From the NCBI RefSeq assembly GCF_964213995.1, contig NC_135809.1, forward strand, positions 91,946,001 through 92,010,000: 64,000 nucleotides of DNA, written 5' to 3'. Position numbers and translations under genes: made by a program. The notes under the pieces were generated by a model, which was given only the letters and a program-made list of their open reading frames with translations, searched no databases and was not told the DNA's origin. Positions 11,861-25,801 of the stretch are shown in pieces. Origin of the DNA: Mustelus asterias (Eukaryota). The first letter of the stretch is position 1, and every line of letters begins with the position of its first letter.

Positions 11861-14800
11861 TTGGACAAGGACAAAATCAGGCTTGGATGTAATATCACTC
11901 TCCCCAAAGTTGAAAAGCCTGTTGCCATTTGTTGCTTAGTCTCACAGGTAAACCACTTTCCTCAGCACCAGAAGCTACAAGGACCGTGGAACTGTATCCC
12001 AGCAAATCCAGAGAGGGAATATTTATTGTAATAAAACAAACAATGGAAAGTTAGGTTGACAGCATCTGAAAGAGAAAGGTTTGGGATACATTTTGGGTGG
12101 AACTTTTCTTCAGGATCTGCTCCTATGATGAAAAGTCTCACTTGGAACGCTAACTTGCTTTCTTAGATGCTGACTGACTGTTTATACACTTCCACCATCT
12201 CCTGTTTTTCTTCATAAAGTTCATGTTTAGGTGCTGCTCAGATTGGTGACACTGGCTTTAAGAGAATCAGGACAGTATCCAGAACTGCAAAGGGCAATGA
12301 GTGACACTTCACAAATAATTGATTCATTGTATAAACAACCCAACTTTTTTATAGCTCTTTGAAGATGCTTTCTCACTGAGAAACTATATGCCTGTGATTG
12401 GATACAAGGAGTCCCTATATCTCCGTAAATATATACACCATGTAATGTGATACTCTTCAGAAAAGGTGAGGATTTTGGATGTTCCAGTTTGGATTTCCTG
12501 GTCTGTACCAAGTCCACCTAATTCGCCTGTGGCAGTTTGGGGATAGTCATCCTTAATGTCACTGGGTTAAGAGAAAAAAAATCATCTCTGGCTCTTCCAT
12601 TTGCTTTCTATCCAGTGAATTCTGGTGGGAAGTATGTATATGTTGGGTAAGAACAGGATCAGGTTTAACTTTGGGGCTATAGTTGAATCACCTGCCCATG
12701 CAGGTTAATACAGTCTATTGTGTGAAGTACAATACCAACATCATAGAACCAACAAGAGCCAGAGGGAGGAAAGCTGAATGTGAAAAGAGGGTGTTCAAGA
12801 ATATTAATTTTCTTTATTGGATCAAATGAAATAGTTCACTATGTCATAATCACAACACTTAACCTCGTCTCCAAACACTGGTAATGGATGAAAAGTGTCA
12901 TGAGTGGGTGAAGCTCTCTTCATTTTTATTTTCAGATAAAACAATTGGTTTTATTTGGTCACATTCCCTTATGTTACGAAGACCATTGGGTGAATCTTAC
13001 TGTCCCGCCCACCATGGGAATCAGAGCGGGCGAGGGGTGCACCATGCAAAGGTCCATTGACCTTGGGTGGGATTTTCCGGTTTCGGGGCAAGCGAGGCCG
13101 AAAAATCCTGCCCCATGAGTAGATTGTGTTGGTGGTGGCCCGATGGGCTGAATGGCCTCCTTCTGCACTGTAAGAATTCTATGATTATGTTTTGAGGAAA
13201 CAACTTCTAAAATCTGGTAAAAGAACATGAAAACTACAGGATACTGTACTGAAATCTTGTGTAATGACACACTTTGATACAGTAACAATGCAGGATCCAG
13301 TCTTGTAAAATTATATATGTATTTGCTGCTGTATCAGTGAGTTTTTTTCATCAGAATGCTTGTATTGTTTTTTGTTTTTGTCACTCAAGTAATGAAAATA
13401 GCAAAACCAACAGTTTCACTCAAAAATTAATCAAATGTTTGTTACCTGTAAGTGGATTCATATGATTGCTGGCTGATAGATCTGTTCAGTCAATTTACTT
13501 TTTGTCATAGTCATTTTCCTTGTTTACACAGCACTGATTTACTTAAAGATATTTAAATGATAATATTAATCCTTGCATTTATTGAATCAGAGTGGCTCAT
13601 GGTGCTATGCACAAAATAAGTAGAGTGATTTAGGAAAATGTAGAAGGCTATTGTAGCACTCTGCATCCCACCAGTAGCATGAGATTATTCTATTTTTGGA
13701 AGTATTAGATAAGGGAAAAATGTTGGCCAGAACACCAAGTAGAATTCCCTGCTTATCTGACCACTGGACAGACAGGCAGCTTCTTGTACTTGCGGCTTAT
13801 GCAAAAGACAGCACCACCAATAAATAATGCAGCATCAGATTGTGTGCATAGATAATGCACACAAGTCCTAACGAGGTTGAATGCACAATTCCCTGATGTA
13901 GAGGGTGCCAGAAACTTTGCCAAGCCTTCTCAGTTAACCCATACACATCCGTTTGATGCAATAGTACTTTTAATGTGATTCCATCAGTAAAATTGCTGCT
14001 CCAATCCCTGCTTTACAATTCATAGTTCAATAGCTCTGGAAAATTAACTTGAGCAGAGATTCAGAGACAGCATATGTTTTAATAGAGGAAAATAAAAACA
14101 TGGAATTATTTTATGCTTGGTTAATAGAGTGGTCCTTGAGCAAGTTGTTAAATACATTGAGATTTATGCATGAATCTTTAATCTTCAGCTAGTCTTGTAT
14201 ACCAGATTTATTTAAATCCAGTAGGATAGTCATAATCAGAGAAATAAAAGTTAGTCATTAATGAAAGACCTGAACTTTAAGATGACTAACACATTGATTT
14301 TGTTGCATTGACTATCACCCAGGAGATGTGGTATCTCTTGTGTGCTCCAACAGTATTCTGCACAATTTGGCTGTCCTTCTGGACATTCAGTTTTATTCAA
14401 CTAGAGAACAATCCATGTCCTCCTCTGGAATGAGGAGGAGTGAGAACAATCTCCACCAAAAACTGCCAAATAATGTCTGTATCTGGATCGCCCTGGAGAA
14501 AGAGCATGTGGTTTTCACCAGCGTGTTTGGGATCTTCCCTGTCTGGTGGGCACCTCAAAGAATAAGTATCTGGTAGACATAAATAATAAACATTGTGATT
14601 TGGGTGTTTTTTCTTAAATTAAATTTTATATTTCAATTATTACATTAGTTGTATCTATAAGCAGTCATTTGTAAATTTGTTTTCCAGGTGATACCCTTAC
14701 ATGTCAATAAAAAAAAAGCTTTTCTCATTTAATAAATCTTGTTAAACATTCTGCCACATCACTCAAGCACTTTTATTCTCTTAGCCATAGGTCACAGGCA

Positions 14801-14924
14801 TCTGTCACTATTAGAGAGAGACAATTGGTTCTGGCTTGAGGATTACCATCTGTAACAAGAATGGCTGACCAAGAAACACTCCCACTCTTGCCGTCGTAGG
14901 AAGGATTAGCAAGTTGAATTTTAA

Positions 14925-15610
14925 CTTAACTAAAAGTGCTAGAAAACTCAGCAGCCCTGGCAGCATCTGTGGAGAGAAGCACAGTTAATGTTTCGAGTTG
15001 AATATGACACTTCATCTCATCCGACGCTTTAACAAAAAACTTTTTCTCCTCCTTTCAGGTGTTAAGGAGCGTAAGCTCCAATAACTTATGGGTGTTGATG
15101 TATCTCTGAATGCTTCCCTTCCCTCTGACCCCCTCCCTTCTTCCGATTCCACAGGTCTTCACATGTATTCAATATATCCTCTGACTCCCCCTCCTTGACG
15201 CTGATCGATCTGTGCTTAAAAAAAGACCAGGTTTATCCTTCATGTCCCCACGTCAATGAGTTTCAAGCTCAGCTTGATGTTGAACTCTTTATCCATCAGC
15301 TTTGCCTCCACGCTCACTTCTTTTGAGCAGTATTCTACAACCTGTGGATCCTTTCACATGTCTCCATCTTCTCCCTTTGTCCACTTACCATTCTTGATCT
15401 TTTTATTGATAATTGTCAATGTAACATCAGTCATCTTAATTTCTCTGCTCCCCTCACCTACTCTAACCTAACTCCCTCTGAACTTGCTGAACACCTCTGT
15501 TCTGAAAGTCATATTTGACTCAAAATATTAAGTCAGTTTCTCCACTGATGCTGCTAGACTTGCTGAATTTATCCAGTACTTTGTTTTTATTTCACATTTC
15601 CAGCATCCAA
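14925..15610. mobile_element. Old Penelope relic with inverted hammerhead-family termini
   Basis: 14930-15015 (-) and 15500-15610 (+) match the 2907-type tail; the interior resembles a decayed PLE ORF N-terminus. Confidence 0.55.
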
Positions 15611-15744
15611 TGATTTAGTTAGTAAAGTCATAGACAAACAGATCAGCGTCTCCCATTGTAAGTTATAATCTTTTATCCTTGCAAAGTCTGCACTTTTGAA
15701 TTAGATTGGGCATATTGTGCACATTCCTGGCTGGTCAGTGCAAC

Positions 15745-16910
15745 AGATTGGCATGATATGACAAGTGGAGTGCCACAGGGACTAGTGTTGGTATCTCAAC
15801 TATTTACAATTTTTATTAGTGTCTTGGATGAATGTATGGTTGCTAAATCTGCTGCTGACACAAAGATAGATAGGAAAGTGAGTTGTGAAGAAGATATAAG
15901 GGCTGGAATTTTACTGCCTTGCCCACCACAGGAATGGGAGCGGACAATGTGAAGGTCCGTTGACCTCAGGCGGGATTTTATGGTTTCGGGATGAGCGAGG
16001 CCATAAAATCCTGCCCAAGGGATGCGACTTTCCCCCAAAAAACACTAAGTGCCCAAAGGGTGGGAAGATGGGAGTTTTCCCACTCAAGGAGTTTGCAAAG
16101 GGACAATAGATGGGTTAAGTATTGGCAGAGTATATTTGGAAAAATTGGAACTTGTGCACTTCAGCAGGAAGAATAAAAAAGCAGCACAGTATTTAAATGG
16201 AGGGACACTGCAGAACCTGGAGGTACAAAGGGATCTTGGTGTCTTGGTACATGAATCACAAGTTAGTATGAAGGTACAGCAAGTGATTAGGAAGGTAAAT
16301 GGAATGTTGTTGTTTATTACTGTAAAAGTAGGGACGTTTTGCCACAGTTGTACATGCCATTGGTAAGACCACATTGTGGAAGTATTGCTTACAATTTTGG
16401 TACTTTTATTTAAGAAAGGATATAAATAGATTAGAAACAGTTCAGAGAAGATCCACCCAACCAATACCTGGGATGGGGGTGCTACCTTACAAGGAAAGGT
16501 TGGACAGGCTGAACCTGTATCCATTGGAATTTAGAAGATTGAAGGGTGATCTTGTTGAAACATATAACATATCTTGAGGAGACTTGAGAGGGTGGATGTT
16601 TCCCTGTGTGGGATAAACTAGAACTACGGAACACATTTTAAAAATAAGGGGTCTCCCATTTAAGACTTGAGGTGAGAAGAATTTCTTTCTTTCAGAAGTT
16701 TGAAAATCTTTGGAACTCTCTTCCCTGGAGAGTGGTGGAGGCAGGGTCATTGAATCATTTTAAGGCCGAGGTAGATAACTTTTGACTCCCTTATTAGACA
16801 AGAATCTATCAGGAGAAAGTGGAATGTGGAGTTGAGGCTGCAGTCATGATCTTGTTGAATGACTGAGAAGGCGCGAGGGGCTGCTCCTGCTCCTAATTCA
16901 TATGTTTGTA
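15745..16910 (+). mobile_element. CR1 LINE 3' fragment
   Basis: TSGVPQG, QRDLGVLVHES, RRLKGDL; interrupted by a MITE at about 15900-16085. Confidence 0.88.
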
Positions 16911-17729
16911 TATACATTCAAATGGAAGTTGGGCTTTTGACGATAGCTAATCAGAACCTGTATTGGATATAAGACCCATGTGATTTACGTTGCCATGTCA
17001 ATGCGTTTTGAGGAGGGAAGGATTTCTAAGACCTCCCCGAAAATGTAATGACATAATTAGTGTCAGGGTCTTGAAAAGAGAGAGCAGCTGGAGGCCAAAA
17101 GACTTTGAATCACTGCGTTGGAATGTGGGTGGAAGCTTGCACATGGATTGAAAAGACCACATTTTCATAGAATCCCTACAGTGCAGATTTGTGAGAAGTT
17201 AACTGGAATATGTGCCTCGCTTACGCTAGAGGGACGATCTCCAGTAATTATCTGACAGTAGAAGAGTTCTTGAGTTAGAATTGACCAAATTGGGAAAGGA
17301 AAAGAACAGAAATTAACCCAGCGGAAGTTAAAAATAACTATGGACTGATTTTGAAAGAATCGAACATCTACTTAAAGGACAGTGCAATTTATACCTATGA
17401 AATGTGCTTTTTTTTGGTTGTACAAAGTATAAGTTGCCTACAGCATTTTCAGGGAGGTCTTAAATATCATTCCCTCCTCAAAACCCATTTACATGGCAAT
17501 GTGAATCACATGGGCCTTGTATCCAATACAGATTCTGATTAGCTATCCAATCTTCTAGTCTCTTGTGACAGTATACATTTCAAAATGTGAAGTCTTGTTG
17601 TGTCATCCCTTTAGCTATTAACTGGAAGTTGGAGTTTCTCATTAAAAGTTATTGGTCTCCGGAGATCATAACAGAGTCATTGGTAACAAGAAATGAGTAT
17701 TGATTACAGAGCATTGGGGAAATTGCTCA

Positions 17730-18760
17730 TTCAAGACAGGTTGTGAGAAAAGCAGTCAGACAACACAGAAACACGAGAAGAGTTCAATGCGATGGTGGAG
17801 AGGTAGGGTTGGGTATCATCAGCTTACATATGAAAGCTAAACCCATGACTGTGGATAATGTTACCAATAAGCAGATGAAGAATAGGGGATGAAAAATATT
17901 CTTGAGGATCTTTAGAGGGATTAGTGCAGTGGCAGGAGGCAATGCCATTGCTGGAGCTGCTCTTGCCAAGATCAGATAGGAGTAGCACCAAGTGAGGGCT
18001 GAGCTTTGGAGGAAGATGGTTTGGTTACAGAGATGCTGAGAAAAGTAACAAGGGATAATGTACCATGGTTATAACCACATGATACCACTTGTAACTTTAG
18101 TTAGGATTGTTTCAATGCAGTGCCAGGAATGGAAACCTGATTCGAGAGATTCAACATGCAGTTATGGGAAAGGTAGGTGCAGATTTGGAGAAAGAATTTA
18201 AGGAGCAAATGGAGGTGAAAATGGACTGGTAGCTTGGAAGGGCTGGAATTGAGTATAGGGTTTTGAGGAGGAAGGCCAAAACGGTGGTTTTAGTAGGGAA
18301 AAGAGTGGGGATACTAGAGGGGTAAGTTTACTCTTGGGTAAGAACAAAGAAGAAACAGCTGGGGCAACTAATGGAATGGGCTGAATCATAGGGATAAAGA
18401 AGTCCATTAATTCTTTGTACTTGTTGGAGAGAGAGATAATGGGTATTATCTTTCAATTCAGAATGATCCTGGAATAGTGAACAGTTTTGGCAAAGATTAA
18501 TGAGATCCAATTGCTTTTGATGTTGTCTTGCCCGATCTAGATAGTTGATTCAACCAGTTTTGTGCCAGAATTGCTCCAGTCAGTCCTTGTTCATGAAGGA
18601 GTTAAAATGGATACTGTGCTAAGAGAATGACCAGGACGGGAACACAAGACACTGAGGGAGTGATAAAAGGACCTCAATAGTGACAAAAGCATGATGGTGA
18701 GTCAAAGACAAAGCAGTTGGGAGTTATGCCAGGCTGCATACGTGGACAAGAAAGGGGAGT
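17730..18760 (-). mobile_element. Ancient L2-like LINE fragment
   Basis: Purine-rich decayed sequence resembling L2 RT on the minus strand; a similar 3' piece lies at 46520-46840. Confidence 0.45.
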
Positions 18761-19399
18761 ACATCTTGTATCTTCTAAGCCTATTTATTCACTTTTCTGA
18801 ACCTCCGGAAACCCACGTTTCCTCGAGTTGTGTAACCATATCTTTAACAAATTCCGCCTCTCCCTCTCATATTCTGTAGTCCTCTGCACTGCCTCTCTGC
18901 TTACTCTTGTGTCTGTCTTTTACAAAGACCGTTATCCTCAACAATGTCTTCTCTATTTCAAGATAACGGGAGAAAAATGCTTGGGGCAATTAAGTCAACA
19001 GGAGGAGCAGGAAAGAATGCCACAGCTGTTTAAAGCTGCAGTTTGCTGTGTAGCTCACCAGGACCTGGACTTTACACATGCAGCTCTTTGTTCATAGCTG
19101 CAAAGGAGAGGGGGAAGCAGCAGCAAGAGCTCTGGAGCCAGAGTAAAGAAGCTCAGAGGCCACATTTGGCCCACGGATCTTTAAGGAGGCACTCACGCAG
19201 GGTGGGTAAAATGGGGTAACAATGTCATAGTGGACCCCTATCTGGAACCCGTATTGACTTTATATTATTGCATCTAAAGTGTCCTGACCCGTTCCTGAAG
19301 AACGATTCAAATCTCCGCTCTGAGGCTCGGGTTTTGTGTTTTTAAAGAAGAACCACAAGTTGGACTTTTCTTCAGTAGCACCGTTATTGCAGAGTAGTG

Positions 19400-19624
19400 G
19401 ACAGCTTTCCATGTGTACAGCAACAATCCGGGGAGTTTGCTCTGGGCGGGATCAGTGCTCCCAGTCTCTCTCAACTCCTGTCCAGACGAGGCGGGTTCGG
19501 AAGTGAGTTTATTCCGAGGCTACTCTACCTTTCGGCGGCGGGGTGCACACTCCCTATTCGGAGAGGAGGGGGAGCAGGGCACACACTCATTCCCCCAGGC
19601 CCGGGAGAGTTGTTCTGGGTGCGG
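19400..19624 (+). promoter_or_regulatory. Probable PGGHG promoter and non-coding first exon
   Basis: Locally CpG-rich; GC box GGGCGG at 19444; ETS-type CGGAAGTG at 19498; strong donor CGG|GTGAGT at 19625. The first coding exon has an acceptor upstream of its ATG, so an upstream exon is needed. TSS unknown. Confidence 0.6.
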
Positions 19625-19643
19625 GTGAGTAATATTTCAGAAA

Positions 19644-19732
19644 CCAAAATAAAAAATGCTGGAAAATCTCAGCGGGTCTGACAGAAAAAAAGAGTTGACG
19701 TTTCGAGTCCAGATGACCCTTTGTCAAAAGCT
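19644..19732 (-). mobile_element. Second-family PLE terminal fragment with mutated hammerhead
   Basis: Reverse complement TTGACAA-A-GGGTCATCTGGACTC-GAAA-CG-TC-AACTCT plus family tail. Confidence 0.7.
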
Positions 19733-20156
19733 GTAATATCTCAGTCAGGTTTATTCAGAACCAGACTTGGCTGCGGGAAGTTACTGAGAAGTGAAAGCAA
19801 CCTGGCGATGGAGTAAAAATTCAGTTAGTTTCACTGGTCGGAAATGTTTAAAGTTGTGAAGTTCTGGAGGTGGGAGCTGGCTGTCTTCCCCAATGGAGCG
19901 CGGGCTGAGCGGGAGCAGCAAGTTGGCGGGGCGGCTGGAGGATTTTATTCAGTGATTGTATCTGAACCTCGGGGTGCAGCAACATTATCAAAGTGATTCT
20001 TAAAAACCTAATAGAATAAGTTGTGAAAAGGAGTTGGTGCTTCCGGGAGCAAAATATGTTTTTATATTGTCAGGTAGGGTCTGGTAAACTTTCCAGCAAT
20101 ATTGTTTAGCCGTTTAAAAAGATCAATTCAAGGGATTCTCCGGCCGCGCTCGCCTC

Positions 20157-22242
20157 ATAGAACATAGAAAGCCACAGCACAAACAGGCCCTTCGGCCCAC
20201 AAGTTGCGCCGATCACATCCCCACCTCTAGTCCTATCTATAGCCCTCAATCCCATTAAATCCCATGTACTCATCCAGAAGTCTCTTAAAAGACCCCAACG
20301 AGTTTGCCTCCACCACCACCGACGTCAGCCGATTCCACTCACCCACCACCCTCTGAGTGAAAAACTTACCCCTGACATCTCCTCTGTACCTACCCCCCAG
20401 CACCTTAAACCTGTGTCCTCTCGTAGCAACCATTTCAGCCCTTGGAAATAGCCTCTGAGAGTCTACCCTATCCAGACCTCTCAACATCTTGTAAACCTCT
20501 ATCAGGTCACCTCTCATCCTTCGTCTCTCCAGGGAGAAGAGACCAAGCTCCCTCAACCTATCCTCATAAGGCATGCCCCCCAATCCAGGCAACATCCTTG
20601 TAAATCTCCTCTGCACCCTTTCAATGGCTTCAACATCTTTCTTGTAATGAGGTGACCAGAACTGCGCGCAGTACTCCAAGTGGGGTCTAACCAGGGTCCT
20701 ATAAAGCTGCAGCATTATCTCCCGACTCCTAAACTCAATCCCTCGATTAATGAAGGCCAGTACGCCGTACGCCTTCTTGACCGCATCCTCCACCTGCGAG
20801 GCCGATTTAAGAGTCCTATGGACCCGGACCCCAAGGTCCTTCTGATCCTCTACACTGCTAAGAATGGTACCCTTCATATTATACTGCTGCTTCATCCCAT
20901 TGGATCTGCCAAAATGGATCACCACACACTTATCCGGGTTGAAGTCCATCTGCCACTTCTCCGCCCAGTCTTACATTCTATCTATGTCTCGCTGCAACTT
21001 CTGACATCCCTCCAAACTATCCACAACACCACCTACCTTGGTGTTGTCAGCAAACTTACCAACCCATCCCTCCACTTCCTCATCCAGGTCATTTATGAAA
21101 ATGACAAACAGCAAGGGTCCCAGAACAGATCCCTGGGGCACTCCACTGGTCACTGACCTCCATGCAGAGAAAGACCCCTCCACAGCCACTCTCTGCCTTC
21201 TGCAGGCAAGCCAGTTCTGGATCCACAAGGCAACAGCCCCTTGGATCCCATGCCCTCTCACTTTCTCAAGAAGTCTTGCATGGGGGACCTTATCGAACGC
21301 CTTGCTGAAGTCCATATAGACCACATCCACCGCTCTTCCTTCGTCAATGTGTTTGGTCACATTTTCAAAGAACTCAACCAGGCTCGTAAGGCACGACCTG
21401 CCCTTGACAAAGCCGTGCTGACTACTTTTGATCATACTAAACTTCTCTGGATGATCATAAATCCTGTCTCTCAGGATCCTCTCCATCAACTTACCAACCA
21501 CTGAGGTTAGACTCACCGGTCGGTAATTTCCCGGGCTGTCCCTGTTCCCTTTCTTGAATATAGGGACCACATCTGCAATCCTCCAATCCTCCGGAACCCC
21601 TCCCATCTCCATCGACGATGCAAAGATCATCGCCAAAGGCTCCGCAATCTCCTCCCTCGCCTCCCACAGTAACCTGGGGTACATCCCATCCGGTCCCGGC
21701 GACTTACCAACCTTGATGCCATTCAATAGTTCCAACACATCCTCTTTCTTTATGTCCACATGCTCGATCCTTTCTGTCCACCGCAAACCAGCAGTACAAC
21801 CACCCAGATCCCTTTCCACCGTGAATACCGAGGTAAAGTATTCATTAAGCACCTCCGCCATTTCTAACGGTTCTGCACAAACTTTTCCCCCTTCACCTTT
21901 TAAGGGTCCTATGCCTTCACATCTCATCCTTTTACTCTTGACATATTTGTAGAAAGCCTTGGGATTCTCCTTAATCTTACCCGCCAAGGCCTTCTCATGA
22001 CCCCTTCTCGCTCTCCTAATTTCCTTCTTAAGCTCCTTCCTACATCCCATATACTCCTCTAAATCCTTAACACCTCCTAGCTCTCTGAACCTTCTGTACG
22101 CCTCTCTTTTCTTATTCACCAGGTTCATCACAACCTTCGTGCACCACGGTTCCCGTACCCTACCAACACCCCCCTGTCTCATCGGAACGTTGTCATGCAG
22201 AGCTCCAGACAAACATTCCTTGAAAATCCTCCACTTTCCTTC
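20157..22242 (-). mobile_element. Young 5'-truncated CR1 LINE (ORF2 RT, one premature stop)
   Basis: ORFs 20971..22212 and 20233..20949 are the same frame split by one [35 protein letters not shown]; tail ttctatgttctat. Confidence 0.95.
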
Positions 22243-22629
22243 AAAGCCGGAGAATCCCGCCCGACCTTTGCATGGTCCGCTCCCCCGCCCGCTACAATTC
22301 CTGTAACGGGCGGGACGGAAGAATTTGGGAATGTCAAGCGAGGATAAGAATGTGCAAGGTTATAGGAAGTGGGACTAGGTAGAATGCTCTTTCAGAGGGC
22401 CAGTGCACACTCGATGGGCCGAAAGGTCTCCTGTACTGTAAAGACTCTGATTTTTATGACGTTTTGGCAAAACACCAACTTGAGTTCTGCAACATTCCTC
22501 ACCAAAAAAATGTTTTTGTGAAAGATGAGGGTGCTGAAAGGGCAAAGAATATAAGGTGGGATTTCCTTCTCCATTGCACATACTCCCCAGTCTAGACACA
22601 AGTCGGTATGTTCCCAATCCAACAAAAAA

Positions 22630-23580
22630 GGGGGTATTGCTGAACCTGGTTCTTGGGGGTGAGGTGGGCTAAGAGGATCGAGTGTCAGTGGGTGATCATG
22701 GTATCATAAGGTTTAGGTTGGCCATGGAAAAGGACCAGGATTAATCCAGAATAAGAATAATTAACTGAGGGAAAACCAACCTGAATGGGGTAAAAATGGA
22801 TCTGTGCCTAATAAATAGGAATCACAGATTAGCAAACAAAACAGTAATTGAACAATGGACAACTTTTAGAGAAGAGAGTTTGAGCACAATCAAGGTATAA
22901 TCCCACAAAGGGGAAAGGTATGGTAGCACAGTGGGCGACACGCTGGCACAGTCATTAGCACTGCTGATTCAGTGCCAGGGACTGGGGTTTGATTCCAGCC
23001 TTGGGTGACTGTCTGTGGAGTTTGCATGTTCTTCCCATGTCCACGTAGGTTTCCTCTGGGTGCTCCGGTTTCCTCCCACAGTCCAAAGATGTGCGGGTTA
23101 GGTGGAATGGCCATGCTAAATTGCCCTTTAACGTCCCAAGATGTGTAAATTAGGTGGATTAATCGTGGTAAATGTGTGGGGTTACAGGGATAGGGCGGGA
23201 GAGAGTGCCTAGGTAAAATACTCTGTCAGAAAGTTGGTGCAGTCTCGATGGGCCGGATGGCCTCTTTCTGCACTGTAGGGATTCTATGATTCTAGGAAAT
23301 CCGGAGCTCCCTGGATAATGAAAGACACATGAGATTAAGATGAAGCAGATAAAATATGCTTATAACGTGGCTAATACAATTGAGAACACTGTTGAAGGCA
23401 GAAGGTTCAGAGGAGAATTGAAAAAGCAAGTAGGAGAAGCAAAGAGAGAGCATGAGAAGATTCTGGATGCTGACAAAGGGAATTCCAAGGTTTTCTGTGG
23501 ACATATAGATAGTAAAAGGGTAGTAAGAGAAAGAGTGGTGCTGATTTAGAGACCAAAAATGGGACTAATGTATGAAGATA
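22630..23580 (+). mobile_element. CR1 endonuclease-linker fragment interrupted by an HE1 SINE
   Basis: Decayed RGELKKQVGEAKREHEK...NSKVF similarity to the CR1 at 20157. Confidence 0.65.
22918..23294 (+). mobile_element. HE1-type tRNA-derived V-SINE
   Basis: A/B-box head, V-domain gggtgctccggtttcctcccacagtccaaagatgtg, CR1-like tail gattctatga. Confidence 0.88.
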
Positions 23581-23599
23581 AGGTAGATATAGCTAGACT

Positions 23600-24860
23600 G
23601 TAGATATTCGATCTGAGGGTTGCTTAGCTCTGTCTATAGCATGCATGTATTCCCAGGTTGGCACCATTAGGTACTGTTCCTGTCTTGAACACTTACATTC
23701 CTCATTGAACCAAGGTTGGTCACCCAGTTTGATGGTAATGTTAGAGGGAGGAATATGGTGGACCATGAGGTTACAGATTGTGGTTGTATACAATTATGCT
23801 GCTGATAGTCCACAGCACCTCATGTATGCCCAGTTTTGAGCCGTTAGATCTGTTCTGAATCTATCTAATTTAGCACTGTGGTAGTGTCACACAATGCAAG
23901 TCAGCGTGCCCTCATTATGAAGACAGGCTTTGTCTCCACAAGGATTGTGTGGCAGTGACTCCTATCAGTACTGTAATGGACAGATTTTTCTTCAACAGGT
24001 AGATTGGAGAGGATGAGGTCAAGTAGGTTTGTTCTCTTGTTCCCACACCATGTGCCACAGGCCTAATGTGGCAGATATGTTCTTTAATACTTAGCTGGCT
24101 TGGTCAGTGGTGATGCTACTGAACTACTTTTGGTGATGGCTAATCAAGTCTCCCACTCAGAGTACATTCGGTGCTCTTGCCATCCTTAGTGTCTCTTCTA
24201 AGTACTGCTCAACGTGGAGGAGTATGGATTCAGCAGCAGAGGGGGGTGCAGTTGGTTATAATCAGCAGATTTCCTTGCCTATGTTTGACCTGATGCCACA
24301 AGATTTCATGTGGTGTGAAGTTAATGTTGAGGACTCCTAGGGGAACTCTCTCTCAAGTGTAAACCAGCATCCTGTTTAGTTCTGGTGTGTCTGTCCTGCC
24401 AATGGGACAGGACATATTTAGGTATGGTGAATTTCAGGCTGTTGTTTGACTAGTTTGAGGGGCAACTCTCCAATTTTGGAACCCGTCCCTAGTTGTTAGT
24501 GAGGACGACTTTGCAGGATTGACTGGGCAGTGTTGCTTCCAGGGCTTGGGTCAATGCTGGAAATTGCATCTGGTTTTATTCTTACTAAACTTTTCTTTAG
24601 CAGTTTGATAAAGCGGGGTGACTTGCTTGCAATTTTAGAGAGCAGTTAAGAGTCAACCACATTGTTGTGGATCTGGAGTCACAAGTAGACCAGACCTGGT
24701 AAAGTCTGCAGATTTCAATCTCAAAGGGACTTGGTGAACGCGATGGGATGTTACAACAATTCAGTAACTGATATTTTATCATTATGTATATCACTGAATA
24801 TGACTTTTTATTCCAGATTTGTTTGTTAATTAAATTTAAAATCCCCTGGCTGCTTTGGTG
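23600..24860 (-). mobile_element. Second non-LTR family, endonuclease-region fragment
   Basis: HHIPPSNITIKLGDQPWFNEEC peptide; the 24600-24860 segment is also found at 8050-8350. Confidence 0.65.
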
Positions 24861-25369
24861 GATTTGAATTCTTTTCCCTGGAGTTTTGTCTGGATCTGCG
24901 GATTATTAGAGTGGATTTTTCAGACGCTGTGCTCCCTATCATCATCTCTTCTGACCCCATCAAGATATAGGTTGCAAACTCAATTTCGGTTGATAAAATC
25001 TCACCTATAAGGTATGTTAGAAGCAATTGATGCAAATTTCCTGTTATTGAGACTTTTTAATTTGACTTCATGTCTACTTTTAACAAACCGGTTTGGAGTT
25101 CATAACTTAAAGTCACAAAGTTTGGTGGAGTGTTTGTTTTTTGTCTGAAGGCAAGATAAACGTGGAAGAGGCAACACTGTTGCCCAATGTTGCATGTAGA
25201 AAACCACGTTCCCAAGCATAGGGAGTGAAGGGCTGAACAGGAAAGAAATATTGAGCAAAGTTTGAAAATTCTTGCTGGGGTTGACTCTTCTGGCTGCAGC
25301 TCTGATTAAAATCTCAGTTAGTGATTACACTTCATGCTTGGCCTATGCTTTAATCATTAGCAGTCTATT

Positions 25370-25620
25370 CAAACATGGGTTTCACAATTGAGCCTAAATC
25401 TGACCAGAGATCCACACATTCACACTTCCAGCAAGTGTCACTGGACAGTGATCGGATGGTCAATTTTCTCCCCCCTCTAATCCAAGTTCCTAAATCCAGT
25501 TGCAGCAACCTCTCTATCACCGTGGCACAGATCAGCTAACTCTGCACAGGAGGAGTCAGAACTTTTCCTGGATTGTCGCTCAGATCCCTGCTATGCAATA
25601 CCTGTGACTTTGTATTCCAG
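25370..25620 (-). mobile_element. Ancient LF-SINE-like repeat; related decayed copies near 3050-3340, 11690-12010, 12380-12770, 29220-29420, 56850-57160, 59800-60110
   Basis: Recurring motifs tcactggacagtgatc...gatcagctaactctgcacag. The family name is an inference. Confidence 0.45.
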
Positions 25621-25801
25621 TGTGAATTCCTGCCCCACCCCTGCACTCTTTGCCCAGATTATCTGGAATAAAGGAACCAGAAGAGTGAACCACCAAGGGT
25701 ACAACCATTGGTGGGAGTAGCCTTGGGAAAATGAGAGAGAATATACCACCATATTAATTTTTCCAAAACGTTTTCTTCCCTTGGTAGACAGCACGTGCAA
25801 T

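Noticed and set aside
14581-14736. AATAAA cluster as the Myb gene 3' end
   Set aside because: Plausible, but cannot be told from other AATAAA sites (for example near 12030) without transcript data.
20233-22212. Autonomous active LINE or domesticated RT gene
   Set aside because: 5'-truncated without an endonuclease; in-frame stop and FADN at the catalytic motif.
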